Assembly: GCA_002269645.1 (NCBI GenBank)
Contig: NIVC01000557.1
Span: 124,001-188,000, forward strand
DNA from: Macrostomum lignano
Taxonomy: Eukaryota
Direction of reading: 5' to 3'
DNA: 64,000 bases
Below the pieces are notes generated by a model. The model made no database searches. It saw only the letters and a program-made list of their open reading frames with translations, and was not told the origin of the DNA. This document shows, piece after piece, positions 11,314 to 23,772 of the stretch. How positions within the stretch are numbered: position 1 is the first letter of the stretch; the number at the start of each line of letters is the position of its first letter. A program made the position numbers and the translations under genes.

Positions 11314-14300
11314 CACAGACAGACAGACACACAGATCCAATTCATCCCTGCAGAGGCATCGGGCCTGTCCGAGTCGCCAGGCGGAGGCCGAGTGATTGAC
11401 CACGGTCACGTGCTCCGAATGCTGGGCTGCTGCCGCCTGCTGCTAGCTGAGAACGCCAGCCAAGCGGCAGCCCTGCTAGAAACCTCTCTAATCATGTTTC
11501 AACACCTGGCCAAAGTGAATCAGCAGCAGGCGGCGACAACAACTGGCTTATTAGACGAAGGCGACAACGATGAAGAGCAGGGAAGCTGGGATAACGAGCT
11601 GCTGTGGGTGCTGACTCCGCTGTTAGCGTGTCACTTGACTAGCGGGCACCACCCCAGAGCCTTGCACTGCGCCAAGCAGATCCTGGCCGCCCCTGCCGCC
11701 AGTCCTTGGCTCATATTCTATGGCAATTTTGCGGCCGGTCGAAGCGCTAGAAAATTGCGCGACTATTCGACGGCGAAACGACATCTGGAGCTGGCGGCGA
11801 AGTCGGCGCTGCGTGTCGGAGGCGGCGGCGGCGGGGGGGACTCCGTCGGCGTGACGAGACTGTTGGCTTGCCTGGCAGAAGCCGATTCCGCTGAAACTGC
11901 GGCGGCCGATGATGACAATGTCGAAGAGGTAATGATTTTAATGAGTAGTATCTAACGGATTTTTTGTGAGTAGTTACTTATAAAAAGTAACCATGAGTAA
12001 TGACTGATGAGTAGTGATTGATGAGTAGTGATTGATGAGTAGTGATTGATGAGTAGTGATTGATGAGTAGTGACTGATGAGTAGTGATTGATGAGTAGTG
12101 ACTGATGAGTAGTGACTGATGAGTAGTGACTATTGGTATTGGCACGCTTGTCTGTGCTCAGCAGTCAGCAGAATTGGCCGAGTTGCTGCTACCTAACAGA
12201 AAGCGGAACTTTTCATTAACCATGTCAGGTGGCCAGGCACTACGCTCAGCTATTGAATCACCTGGCCCCAGCATCCAGCAGCAGCCGGCTTCATCATCAA
12301 GAAACGTCGAGCGTGACTCTTCGCAGTGCTGCCCTGTCAGCAGCTTGCCTTCGCGGCGCCGAGCTGCTGCAGTCGGCTGGCCGTCCAGAGGACTGCGCCC
12401 GCCTGTTGGAGGTCGCCGCCAGGTGCTCCGCTCCCGTTGGAGACTCGCACTTCAACTCGGAGAGCTTGACTCGTCGACTAGCCGAACTGGGACTCGAACT
12501 AGGGACCGCCGCGATGCGTTCCGGCGAATGGGACCGAGCCCTGGCTCATCTGAAAGGCGCCCTCGATGCCTGCGCTCGTCGAAGCGTTGATGGCGACGTT
12601 GGACCTGAGGCGGCGCCAATTCTCGCGCGCCTCGGCGCCCTGCACCACGCGCTCTACTGTCTGGCAAGGACGGACATTCTGTTTGAACATGCCGAAGTTC
12701 AAGACAGTCAGGACCGCTGCGCTTTCAACTATCTGCAGTCTCTGCAGCTGGCCTGGTCTCCTGATGCAGCTCTGCGGTTTTCCAGCTTCCTGCTGACAAC
12801 TGGGCAGCCCGCTGAGGCTGAGAAGTACGCGATGGAGGTTGAGAACTCCGAGGGAGACTGCGGAGAAAGCTGCATGTGAGCTGCTTATTGAGTCTGTTGT
12901 CTTGGCACTGTGGAAAAGTGGACATCCATGTCAGTTTGGAAGTGGACACCCTAGTTTTTCAAGTGGACACCCTAGTTTTTCAAGTGGACACCCTAGTTTT
13001 TCAAGTGGACACCCTAGTTTTTCAAGTGGACACCCTAGTTTTTCAAGTGGACACCCTAGTTTTTCAAGTGGACACCCTAGTTTTTCAAGTGGACACCCTA
13101 GTTTTTCAAGTGGACACCCTAGTTTTTCAAGTGGACACCCTAGTTTTTCAAGTGGACACCCTAGTTTTTCAAGTGGACACCCTAGTTTTTCAAGTGGACA
13201 CCCTAGTTTTTCAAGTGGACACCCTAGTTTTTCAAGTGGACACCCTAGTTTTTCAAGTGGACACCCTAGTTTTTCAAGTGGACACCCTAGTTTTTCAAGT
13301 GGACACCCTAGTTTTTCAAGTGGACACCCCTTAGATTTAGAAAAGGACACCCTGGATTTTTAATTGGACACCCCTTAGATTTAGAACTAAGAGTGTCCAC
13401 TTTCAACTCGAGGGGTGACCACTTCTAAATATAAGAGTGTCCACTTCTAAATCTAAGGGGTGTCCAGACAAACCATTTTAGTATAATGGAAGTGGACACC
13501 CCTCGAGTTGGAAGTGGACACCCTTAGATTTGGAAGTAGACACCTTAGATTTGGAAGTAGACACCTTAGATTTGGAAGTAGACACCTTAGATTTGGAAGT
13601 AGACAACTTAGATTTGGAAGTAGACACCTTAGATTTGGAAGTAGACACCTTAGATTTGGAAGTAGACACCTTAGATTTGGAAGCGGACACCTTAGATTTG
13701 GAAGTAGACAGCTTAGATTTGGAAGTAGACAGCTTAGATTTGGAAGCGGACACTTTTAGATTTGGAAGTGGACACTTTTAGATTTGGAAGTGGACACTTT
13801 TAGATTTGGAAGTGGACACTTTTAGATTTGGAAGTGGACACTTTTAGATTTGGAAGTGGACACTTTTAGATTTGGGAGTGGACCTCTTTAGATTTGGGAG
13901 TGGACACTTTTAGATTTGGAAGTGGACCTCTTTAGATTTGGAAGTGGACACTTTTAGATTTGGAAGTGGACACTTTTAGATTTGGAAGTGGACCTCTTTA
14001 GATTTGGGAGTGGACACTTTTAGATTTGGAAGTGGACCTCTTTAGATTTGGAAGTGGACCTCTTTAGATTTGGAAGTGGACCTCTTTAGATTTGGAAGTG
14101 GACACCCCTAAGCGACGCCTTAAAGACACCTCCGCCACCAATATTTTCAGCACCCTGGAAGCCTACGAGGCGCCCACGCTGCCCTGGGGCCTCGGTGCAG
14201 TTTGGCCGCTACTGCCGTCGCCGTCTTCAACCTCGCCGCCAGCATCGATTCGACCTCGCCGAAGAGTCCTGGCCGCTGCTATCCTGACGACTAGCAACTG

Positions 14301-14685
14301 CGGATCATCTGACCCCAGCAGCAGCGTGATGGAGAGCCGGGCGAAATCCCTACTAGCGCTGGCAATGGACGCACCGGGTCGCCTTGACGACCGACTGGTG
14401 GCAGCGCTGGCCTTGCTGCACCTGGGCCTGGCCTGGGAGTCCGCCTGCCTGCTGAATACTCCTACTATTAGTAGTAGTGAACTCGACTTTCTGAGAGTCT
14501 GGTGCGCCGATTTAACTTTTATTAATCTGGCTGTTGCTATGGTAACGGCTTTCTGCTGTTTCCTTCACCTTACTAACGCGTTAGCCAGATTGACCTCTTC
14601 TAGGCGTAATGCTGACGAAGAATCGAGCGACAGTGAAGACCGAGAATCGAACTCCGGACCCATAGCTGAGTCGACTAGATTGTAA
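8861..14685 (+). CDS. Large TPR-like helical-repeat protein (~1323 aa). Exons: 8861-11075, 11354-11928, 12229-12875, 14151-14685.
   Basis: Splice phases 1, 0 and 2 all match across GT-AG introns filled with repeats, and the summed CDS of 3972 nt is a multiple of 3. TPR-like helices include [55 protein letters not shown] and [22 protein letters not shown]. The end of the last exon is uncertain. Confidence 0.75.
11181..11333. repeat. (GACA)n microsatellite in TPR-gene intron 1
   Basis: Direct reading. Confidence 0.98.
11996..12130. repeat. 14-bp minisatellite (tgatgagtagtgat) in TPR-gene intron 2
   Basis: Direct reading. Confidence 0.95.
12915..14108. repeat. Compound 21/22-bp minisatellite (aagtggacaccctagtttttc, then ggaagtagacaccttagattt, then ggaagtggacacttttagattt) in TPR-gene intron 3
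   Basis: Three related sub-arrays, with an inverted patch at about 13390-13470. Confidence 0.95.
14533..14546. promoter_or_regulatory. RFX X-box GTTGCTATGGTAAC
   Basis: Near-canonical 14-bp X-box. Function here is untested. Confidence 0.45.
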
Positions 14686-14793
14686 AAGTGCATAAAAACA
14701 CACTGATTCCATTTTTATTATTCATTAACCTGGAATTATGCGACCAAAGTAAAATCGTTGTATTACTTCGATTCAAAGCTACGAGCTAGAATC

Positions 14794-15207
14794 AAACCCT
14801 GAGTCAAACCCTGAGTCAAACCCTGAGTCAAACCCTGAGTCAAACCCTGAGTCAAACCCTGAGTCAAACCCTGAGTCAAACCCTGAGTCAAACCCTGAGT
14901 CAAACCCTGAGTCAAACCCTGAGTCAAACCCTGAGTCAAACCCTGAGTCAAACCCTGAGTCAAACCCTGAGTCAAACCCTGAGTCAAACCCTGAGTCAAA
15001 CCCTGAGTCAAACCCTGAGTCAAACCCTGAGTCAAACCCTGAGTCAAACCCTGAGTCAAACCCTGAGTCAAACCCTGAGTCAAACCCTGAGTCAAACCCT
15101 GAGTCAAACCCTGAGTCAAACCCTGAGTCAAACCCTGAGTCAAACCCTGAGTCAAACCCTAAGTCAAACCCTGAGTCAAACCCTGAGTCAAACCCTGAGT
15201 CAAACCA
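14794..15207. repeat. 12-bp minisatellite (caaaccctgagt), about 34 near-perfect units
   Basis: Direct reading. Confidence 0.98.
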
Positions 15208-15804
15208 CCAATAGTCAAACCTGCTACAACACCTTGAGTTACAATCACTTGCATACCCAAGCTAAATACCCTAGGCAAGTATGAGTCTTGTCTACATGCA
15301 TTGCTTAACGCTAAGTCAATTATTGAGTCAAATTGTGCCCCCTTCATTAAATAAGATTCAAATTTTAACTCCAACGCCAGTTTGCAAGCGATGATAAAAG
15401 TTAAATATAACATTTCGTTTTACTAATAATGATGATTTATATGTACTTTTCGCAACAGAGATATTCAACCACAAATAACAAAAAATGCGGTGTACAGGTC
15501 TTATTTCAGTTTTTCACCCTTCTGCTTACGCAAAAACACGACAGAACGTTCCAGCATTCTACTTTGCAACAAGTAGTAGTGTATTTGTACATAAATTTCC
15601 AGATTTAAATTGTTTAGACTTTGATAGAGGATATTAACTGCGTTGATAAGGTCTGTTCTCCTCTCCCTCAAATTTATTTTGTAAAGAGTAATGAAGTTTG
15701 ACTACATTGCATGAACCAACTTCAGGATCGAGACAGGCGCTAAGACAGGCTCTAAGACAGAAACTAAGACAGAAACTATAGACAGAAACTAAGAAAGACG
15801 CACT

Positions 15805-16030
<226 letters not shown>

Positions 16031-16129
16031 AACCTACAGTAACTTGCCACAGAAACTTGTAGCAACAGGTAACTTGTGTAGCAATAGGTAACTTCCATAG
16101 AAACTTTGCATTGAAAAAAATTACATCGC

Positions 16130-16863
16130 AGAGAGCGGTTCGGTCAAAACCGGCACCATCCAGTACCTGACTGTTGCCGAGGCTGAAGCTCGAAGCTTTC
16201 GGCACTCGGGCGGCTTCGACAATCGAGAGCTCAGGCCGCCGGGCAGAGGCCTCGATCTACCTGTTGAACGAGCAGTATCAGTATGAAGTGCTGATCTCTT
16301 ATTTCTTCTACATTGTTGTAGCCCAGTGGTTAGAGTGTCAAACTCAGGACTTGAAGGTCGGGGGTTCGATTTTTAACCCAACTCGGAACAATTTGTGTCA
16401 TTGAGCAAGACACTTAACTCTGCATTGCTTCAGTTCTCCCATGAATTCTTTGCATCAATTATATTAAGATGTTAAAAATGCAACATTTAAAGATTTTCTA
16501 TAAAAATATTCATTTATTCATTGCAGGAATATCCGGCACATCTGTAATGGACGGAACAAATTCTTTATTTTATTATTCAGCTGAAAATACCGGAGCTGGC
16601 GGCAAGGAAGGTCGGCCGGGCGAAATTCCGGCATCGCGGCGCACTTACAATGCTCCTTACTATATACTTATTGTATTGGCGGTCCCAATCCCAGACAGCT
16701 CTTCATTCTACGATTTCGACGGCACTGGTGGCAGCAGCCGCAACGGCAACCCGCCGTGGCTGGAGACGGCGGCTTTGGAGGCGGCGGCGGCGGAGTCAAG
16801 GGGAGCGATTCTGGACGAGACTATGGCGCCAGCGGCGGCGGCGGAGGCTACAGCGGAGGCTAA
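16130..16863 (+). CDS. Possible small spliced gene ending in a Gly-rich tail (…GDGGFGGGGGGVKGSDSGRDYGASGGGGGYSGG*); exon structure unresolved
   Basis: GC-rich islands follow AG acceptors at about 16130, 16528 and 16581 and are separated by AT-rich or SINE DNA. No recognisable homology. Confidence 0.3.
16316..16440 (+). mobile_element. tRNA-derived SINE family 2, 5' half
   Basis: gtagcccagtggttagag…ggttcgatt…tgtgtcattgagcaagacacttaactctgcattgcttcagttc matches the copy at 41493. Confidence 0.8.
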
Positions 16864-17329
16864 AGCGCCCCCGGCCCTTTCAAGTAATGTATAGTGATGC
16901 GAAAAATACATGTACATGTACGAGCGTAGTTTCACACTGCATGCCTCTGGGTGTTGTGCACACTCCTGTTATTCATGCATATGCGCACTTATAATATTCG
17001 AAACAGGACACATTACTCATAAATGTAAGCTCTCTTTTGCTTTTTTTATCGATTTTCACATTTTTTTCTGCATCACATGTATGTTCCAATTAATTATTTT
17101 GTTTTTATGTTTTTTTCTGTTTGCCTGGCCTCCTAATTGTTTTTGTGTCGACCAGCATTGCTATAAATTCGGAGAAATACTATTTCAAAACAAAACTTGA
17201 ATGCTATCCTGCAGTTGATGCCGACTATATGTGGTATAACCGTGTACAATTTTTTGACTTTTTGGCAGTCCATTCCCCAGCCTCTAAACATATATCTAGC
17301 TGTTTGCTTACATGTGTGTAATGCAAGCA

Positions 17330-17581
17330 CACGTACTGCAGAAATTCAGCGTTGGCGACGTCGATCGACCGACGTTTCCGAATTCTATCAATGAACGTCA
17401 TGATCGACAAGTATATGTATATGTACTTTTTACATAAACCGCGACGTTCAGCTAAGGTGTGAGATGCCGTTTTTATATCTGTCGATGCATGTAATGTAAA
17501 AGCTAGCTCGTTACATACATTTATTTGTCAGCGGCGATGATAGACGTCGGGAAAGTCGCTGACGTTGGATTGCTGTACGGG
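17330..17581. mobile_element. Possible ~250-bp MITE with imperfect TIRs (cccgtacagcaatccaacg-type)
   Basis: The left end cacgtactgcagaaattcagcgttggcgac resembles the reverse complement of the right end gtcgctgacgttggattgctgtacggg. A related terminus lies at about 58580. Confidence 0.4.
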
Positions 17582-20500
17582 ATAAATAAAGTCACAACAC
17601 TACAGCTGCTCTACATGTATATGATGAGGACGCACTTTTTTCCAAATCCCGCGCTAACACATGGGCTCTAAACTTACTAGCCTACTAACAGTGGGCAATG
17701 GGCATTTTTATCCTGTTTCTGCGAATTGTCATAGAATCTATACTAGATATAATGTTTGGTCATTCTAGTAGTCATAATAACATAGGCGCAGCTTTTTGGG
17801 TCATAAATCATCGCTTTCGAAGCTGGTCTGACAGCCACCTGCGCCTCACTCAGTGTTGAAGCGGGCGCCAGATGGTCTGAGAGGATGCGGGCGGTAGCTT
17901 TTTTCTCATCATTTTGACAGGCCATCAAGATTTATGAGGTCAGAGTCTATTGTTCGTGTTCACTCAAGCGTGTGACAGCTTTGACAGCTATGCGTTTTAC
18001 CCCTAAAAGTACCTTGGGATTAGCTATTAGCAATTTCTCTTCATTATCTTCACTTTCTATTTAATAAGAGCTTTCTAATGTATATTTTTTCATTAATTTC
18101 TGTCAATTCTACGCGAAAAGTCATAAATCATTTTGTTGCGATTTTGATTGATTTATGGCCGCGCCTGTCATGCTTTTACGACCCCGAGGGAACTGATAGG
18201 ATCTCCCGGTCACGTTATTCTGGGTAGCAACCAGCGTAGCCAATCAGAAAATTCGACGCTCATTTTAACAAATCGGCTCAGCCAATCAGAATCGACGTGT
18301 TCCATTATAACAAACTGCGGTCCAGTTGGCGGCTATTTAAACCGGTGTTTTTGGCCCGCTTGGACCAACTCCTCCTGGGACCTTAGCCTAAATTGAGACG
18401 TCCCGGAGCGCGACCGTCGTTTCTTGATCCCCGGATTGCGACCTCCCCCATCATCATCAAGGACGAGTCCCCGGTCATCAGCAGCGAACATCAAAGTTAA
18501 GAGCATCACCAGCTAGCTATCTGCGAAGACCGTGACATCAGCACCATCCCGGGTCTACAGCTGCGAAGCACTAAGCCGATTCGGTCACTGTGGATTACCT
18601 GGTCTCCGGCTGTTGAGTTTCTGATTGGTTGGGTGAGAGGCTGCCTAGACTTGCTTGATTGGGTGATCTGTCCCCTGTTTCAGTAGCTGGATTAGGCGCA
18701 CACTTTTGCTCTTTTGTTCAGTAGTGCTGTAGTCGAGGCAGAAGTCATTCAATAATAGTCTAAAACTCCAATTCAATCTGAAGTGTGAAGTGATCTGAGG
18801 AGAAGGTTAAATCTGACAGTTATTTTTATCGGTTTTATTTCTTTGTTCGCCGATGGCTCAGATGAATAGCTAAGCTAGTAGGCGCCGGTCACAGTGGACC
18901 AATGGCAAGGCAGTTCTCAGTCGATCAATCTATCAAATCAGTTAGCGAAACTGCCAGTAGTGCAGAATCGGCGCCAGAGATGTACTTTGTGCACTCTAGG
19001 TTAGCCAAGCGGCTTGGGTGACGAATCATGTGGTCTCTGATGTTCGAGTTAGCCTATCATCAGCGCTAGGAGAGGCTAGTTGGCGCGTTTGAAGGCCAAA
19101 AGTACAATTCTTCGTATTTAGCAATGTAATATAGTACATGTAGCTATACCCCATAGACTCGCCACTACAAGAATCCCCTGCACAAGTCCCCTCTGTACCT
19201 GCATGGCCAATCGATCTAGTCCCAACAGTGTCCCTTACCATCGGCTGTGACTTCGAGATTGACAGCAAAAAGACACTAGTTGGCAGGTATAGTGCAAAGC
19301 CCCTTCTAGTCGTCGGAAGCCCGATTTCGTGAGTCCCGGTGTGGTGAGCCAGGACGTACGGGCTGGTGGCAGCGAGTTAGCTAATCTGCGGATTAACTAA
19401 TTTCTACCTTCAAAATTCTCCCTGCTTGTCTCTCGCTGTCCCTCTCTTAGCTATAGAACCTAGAATGCTCGCCACACGATCAAGCTACCATGGGGCTGAC
19501 CATCTGACAGGAGTGGGGGGGCAGGACTCTAATATTTCTGAGACCTGAGGCCCGAAGGCTTCCCCACAAGGGGGCCGAAAGGTCGAAACCCATCATATAT
19601 ATGAACCCGCGCTTGTACCAGCAGCTGTGCATTTACCTGTACGATCGAATTTAGTGTACTCATGCATGCAAACGTATCAAGGACCTTGAAATTTACATGT
19701 ATGTACAGTATACATGTAAAGTAACATATGATTTATAGCATCTAAGCTTAAATTAGCTAATTGATTCCTACATGTATGTTTACATGTATGATGCGAGGCT
19801 GGACGAATGGCATGGTCAGCGCCTACAGTAGCTAATTAAATTACCGCGCCCACAAAGGCTTTGCGCATAAAATGACTTATCCAAGAGCAACGAGTGCATT
19901 GTCTAATTAAGTATACATGTACATGTATACGTTTATGAAATTTATCTTTTAAATTTTCAGTAATTGCATCGTACGGCTATAGCTATGGCATAGCATTTAT
20001 ACAGTGTGTACAATTACTAGCTGTTAATTCTATGCTTACACGCCGGGTACAAAATTAACATGTCAGTGTGGGCGCATATACAGTTATGGAAGGCTGATGC
20101 CGTAAAATATTACATTACATGCAATTACATACATTACATTACATTAGATTACATGCCAACAATGCGTGTATCTTGTAATAGGAATTATGACAGCAAATAT
20201 TTTCCATTGATCTGTCTTTTGAAACTTAGAGGTGGTAATAGCAACTAAAACTGTTAAAATACTCGTAGAAAGTTTTCAAAAGGTAGAAAATTTGTTTTAA
20301 CCACATCAAGTTTCTAGAAATCCAGTACCCCGCTTCCGAATCCATCAAACTCGCTTTTTTCTCAATTAATCGACTTATTTGAGCTAATGTATGTATCTAC
20401 TGTCTATGTACTATTCGCTAACTACACAGTACACAATTCAGTAAGTAAATAATAGTAAATTGACAGCAATCTCTGTCAAATTCTGCCAAAGCGCGTCCGC

Positions 20501-20929
20501 TCTTTCATTAAAACATCGTTGCTTAATAGTCGGTCCTCGGTCCGAAATCCAAATTTCTTTGTGGATGCCGATGGCTCGTATTATACAATATAGTAGTCGT
20601 AGGCCCCCTGTTCATTTTTTTACAATCACCTAGTCCTAATTAATATTAAGTCTATTTATCTTAGTCTTCATTGACCTTAAAATATCATGTATAGTTCTGG
20701 GCAAAAATTGTTCCAATCTTTATCTTAAAATTAAAAATATGGTTGGACAAAGGCCTCTGCGCCTGGCTGACTGGCTAGGCCCATTGCCTTGGCTAGGCCT
20801 ACCCTTAAGGCTTAGGGCCTACGCTATGTTGTATGTGTTTATAGACATTGATGTCTTAATCTTAATCTTAGTTGATTTTCTATCCTATCCCAACATTAGC
20901 ATTGACAATGATTCTTTTATATTAGTACC

Positions 20930-22310
20930 AGGGTCCAGATTGTGTAGTAGTGTACGCTGGAACAAGAATCCTATCTCAGCTAAATGTACGCCAATGTATG
21001 CCAAAAACAAAAAAATTCTCTAAAATGTACACTAAAAATTCCTCTTAAAAAGGTCATTTGGTTTTCACAAGTAGAGTTTTCTAAGAAAGGCTTTCATGCA
21101 AAAAGTCTTTTAATAGGCCTATAACAAATATTTTCATTTTAAACAAACTTAAATTAAACCTACAGAAAAAATAATGCAAAATTTATGTTCTTAGCATTTA
21201 TTGATACTAGGCCTAATTTTATTTATTGTTAATTTTAAAAAAGCAAAAATTTCATCACTGACTTTCTTATTCTACACTATATAAACTTTCCTTTATTTTA
21301 TGTAAAAAGGTTAATTTACATTACAATTTTCATGCATGTCATAAATTTATTCACCAAAGTTGGTACGCCAAAAAATGGCATGAATTTGTGCGCTGAAATT
21401 TTTATACCAAAAAATTACATGAATTTGTATGCCACCTTTGAAAGAGGTCATTTGTATGCTAGAATTTTCCAGGGTACATGTAACCTTCTGGAGTCTAGTA
21501 TTAGTAGCCTAGGCCTAATGCCTATAGAAGTCCCCATTAGACTTTATGCTATTTAGAAAATTAATTTAGTAGGCTTAAAGCCTATCCCAAAGTAAAAGCT
21601 AAGATATCAATATACAAAAGGCCTATCAAATCAAGATATATATTAAATAGGCCTAGGCCTAACTAAATTCATATGTAAATTGTCTCCATAGTCCAGATCA
21701 TAGTAGGCATAGGGCCTATGCTAGAATGAAAATTCTAGGCCTAGTTTTTCTAGTTTTTTCTTTGCTAGAACCTGGTATTTGTTTTATTTTTGTTTTCCTT
21801 ATAAGTTGTATTAAAATTTTCTATTGTTTCTTTATATTTAAAAAAATAGCTCTCTTTGATATTTAACTACACTATATATACTTAGCCTAGGCCCTACCTT
21901 ACACTCTATGACTCCAGATCATGTAGGCTACTAGGGTCCAGCTTGTGTAGTAGTGTATACTGGAACAAGAATCCTGTCTTAGCTAAATATATACCAAAAA
22001 CATACAATTTACCTAACATATACATAAAAACTTTCTCCTAAAAAGGTCATTTGGTTTTCACTTTTCATAAGTTAAGTTTTCTAAGAAAGGATTTTGAAAA
22101 AAAGTCCTTAAAAATGAGTTTTTTTCATTTTAAACAAACTTAAATTATTAGGATTACAATTTTCATGCATAGCATGAATTTATTTTCCAAAATTTAAGCC
22201 TATGCACAAAAAATCAACATGAATTTGTATATCAAAATTTGTATGCCAACTTTGAAAGGGGTCATTTGTCTGCTAGAATTTTTGGCATGCATGTAACCTT
22301 CTGGAGTCTA
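20930..22310. repeat. Diverged ~1-kb direct duplication in AT-rich DNA (about 20930-21510 vs 21930-22310)
   Basis: Shared blocks occur in the same order: gggtccag…gtagtagtgta…ggaacaagaatcct, aaaaaggtcatttggttttcac and gtaaccttctggagtctag. Confidence 0.7.
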
Positions 22311-23772
22311 GGCAGGCTAATATATATCCAAACTTGTAAACAAGCATTTATACAAATTTTGTGTACACTGATTTTCCACTATAAATACAAGTTAATAATG
22401 GCAAGAATGCTAAATAATCAACCAAATTAATAGCCAAAAGGGGTCCTTTGTACTACACAAAAAGGTTATTTATTGTTGCAACACTAGCCTAAGAGATTTG
22501 AGAATGTGACCATACACACAATTTTTGGCATACAGTATTAGTAGCCAAATATAATATAAATATAAATATATTAATATTAATATTAATATAAAACATATTA
22601 TATTTATAACTATTAAATTTTTGTTCTAATATGCACTTACATGATCTGGACTATATAACTGGGTCCTAACCTTGGCAATTTTTTGTATATCAACTATATA
22701 AACAAATTTTAAACCTAAAAATTCTATATGCCAAGTGTATGCCAAGATTGTTAGCAAGGGCAAAATATGCCAAAAAATTCTGGCATAAACCACCTTCCAG
22801 ACTTTGGAATTGTCTATTAATATATAATTTGTCTTTTGCTATTTAAATTTTAAGACAAGGCAATAAGTCTATCTATATTATTTTATTATCTATGCCAATG
22901 ATAGTTTTTTAAAAAATAATCATTTTGTAATCTCTTTTTTACTATCTTTTCTATAGTATCAAGTCAATATGCTAAAAGTCTATGCCAAAAGCTGAAAGCT
23001 AAAAAGTTATGGTATAGAGGTTATTATAGTATTATTGTAGGTTTGGGTCCACCTTGTCTGCCTAAGAGCTTTAAGTCAAGGATTAGGTTTGAGTTTGAAA
23101 ATTTTACTACTTAGGATAAAAGTTTCATTGATTGCAAACAAAATAAGCTGCTACTTTAGATATTGAAACAGCTAAGTAAGAATGATAAAATTAAGATCAT
23201 TGGCTATGATAAAGGGTATAGAATTGCTGTTCTTAATTGCTGACTTGGCCTTGGAGAATATTTGCTAGACCTAGCTCCCTGCATTTTTTTCTGTTCTTAA
23301 AGCTCAAAAAAATGCTCAAAGGACTCATTTCCTAACACGGAAGCCAAAGTTTAGTCCTTAAACTATTTTGACACAAGTTGCATTTATGTATCTATTTTTC
23401 TTATTTGTCTATTTAATTTTACCTAACTGTCCCAGATATATTGATTTGAAGAATAATCTTGTCATTATTGTCATTGGAGAATAAAACTTAGGATTAAAAA
23501 TGCTTTAAAGCAATATTTTAAGGGGTACACAGGACAAAAACATTAAACATTAAATGAGTAAAAAATAAGGACAAACAATGGATAAAAAAGGAAAAAAAGT
23601 TATTTTAAGTTATCAAAGAATAAACAAATAAAACTGAGAAAGTGAATTTAAAAACTTTTTTTGTATTTTATGAAAAGCCATGTCATACTAGCTGGAAAAA
23701 TTGTGCATATATGATTGTACTTTTCCAAGGAAGTATTCGTATAAAATTATATTCCTAATTAAACTACAATTC

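Noticed and set aside
8833-12949. Overlapping alternative-frame and antisense ORFs in the TPR gene (likewise over PKD2, TBCA and SLC7A)
   Set aside because: These are shadows of GC-rich coding sequence.
14794-15207. Plant-type telomere (AAACCCT) array
   Set aside because: The unit is 12 bp with a fixed GAGTC spacer, so it is an ordinary minisatellite.
19535-19595. Hammerhead-like GGCC-GAAA-GGUC-GAAAC
   Set aside because: The required CUGANGA core is not adjacent to stem II, and no valid stem III/NUH site was found.
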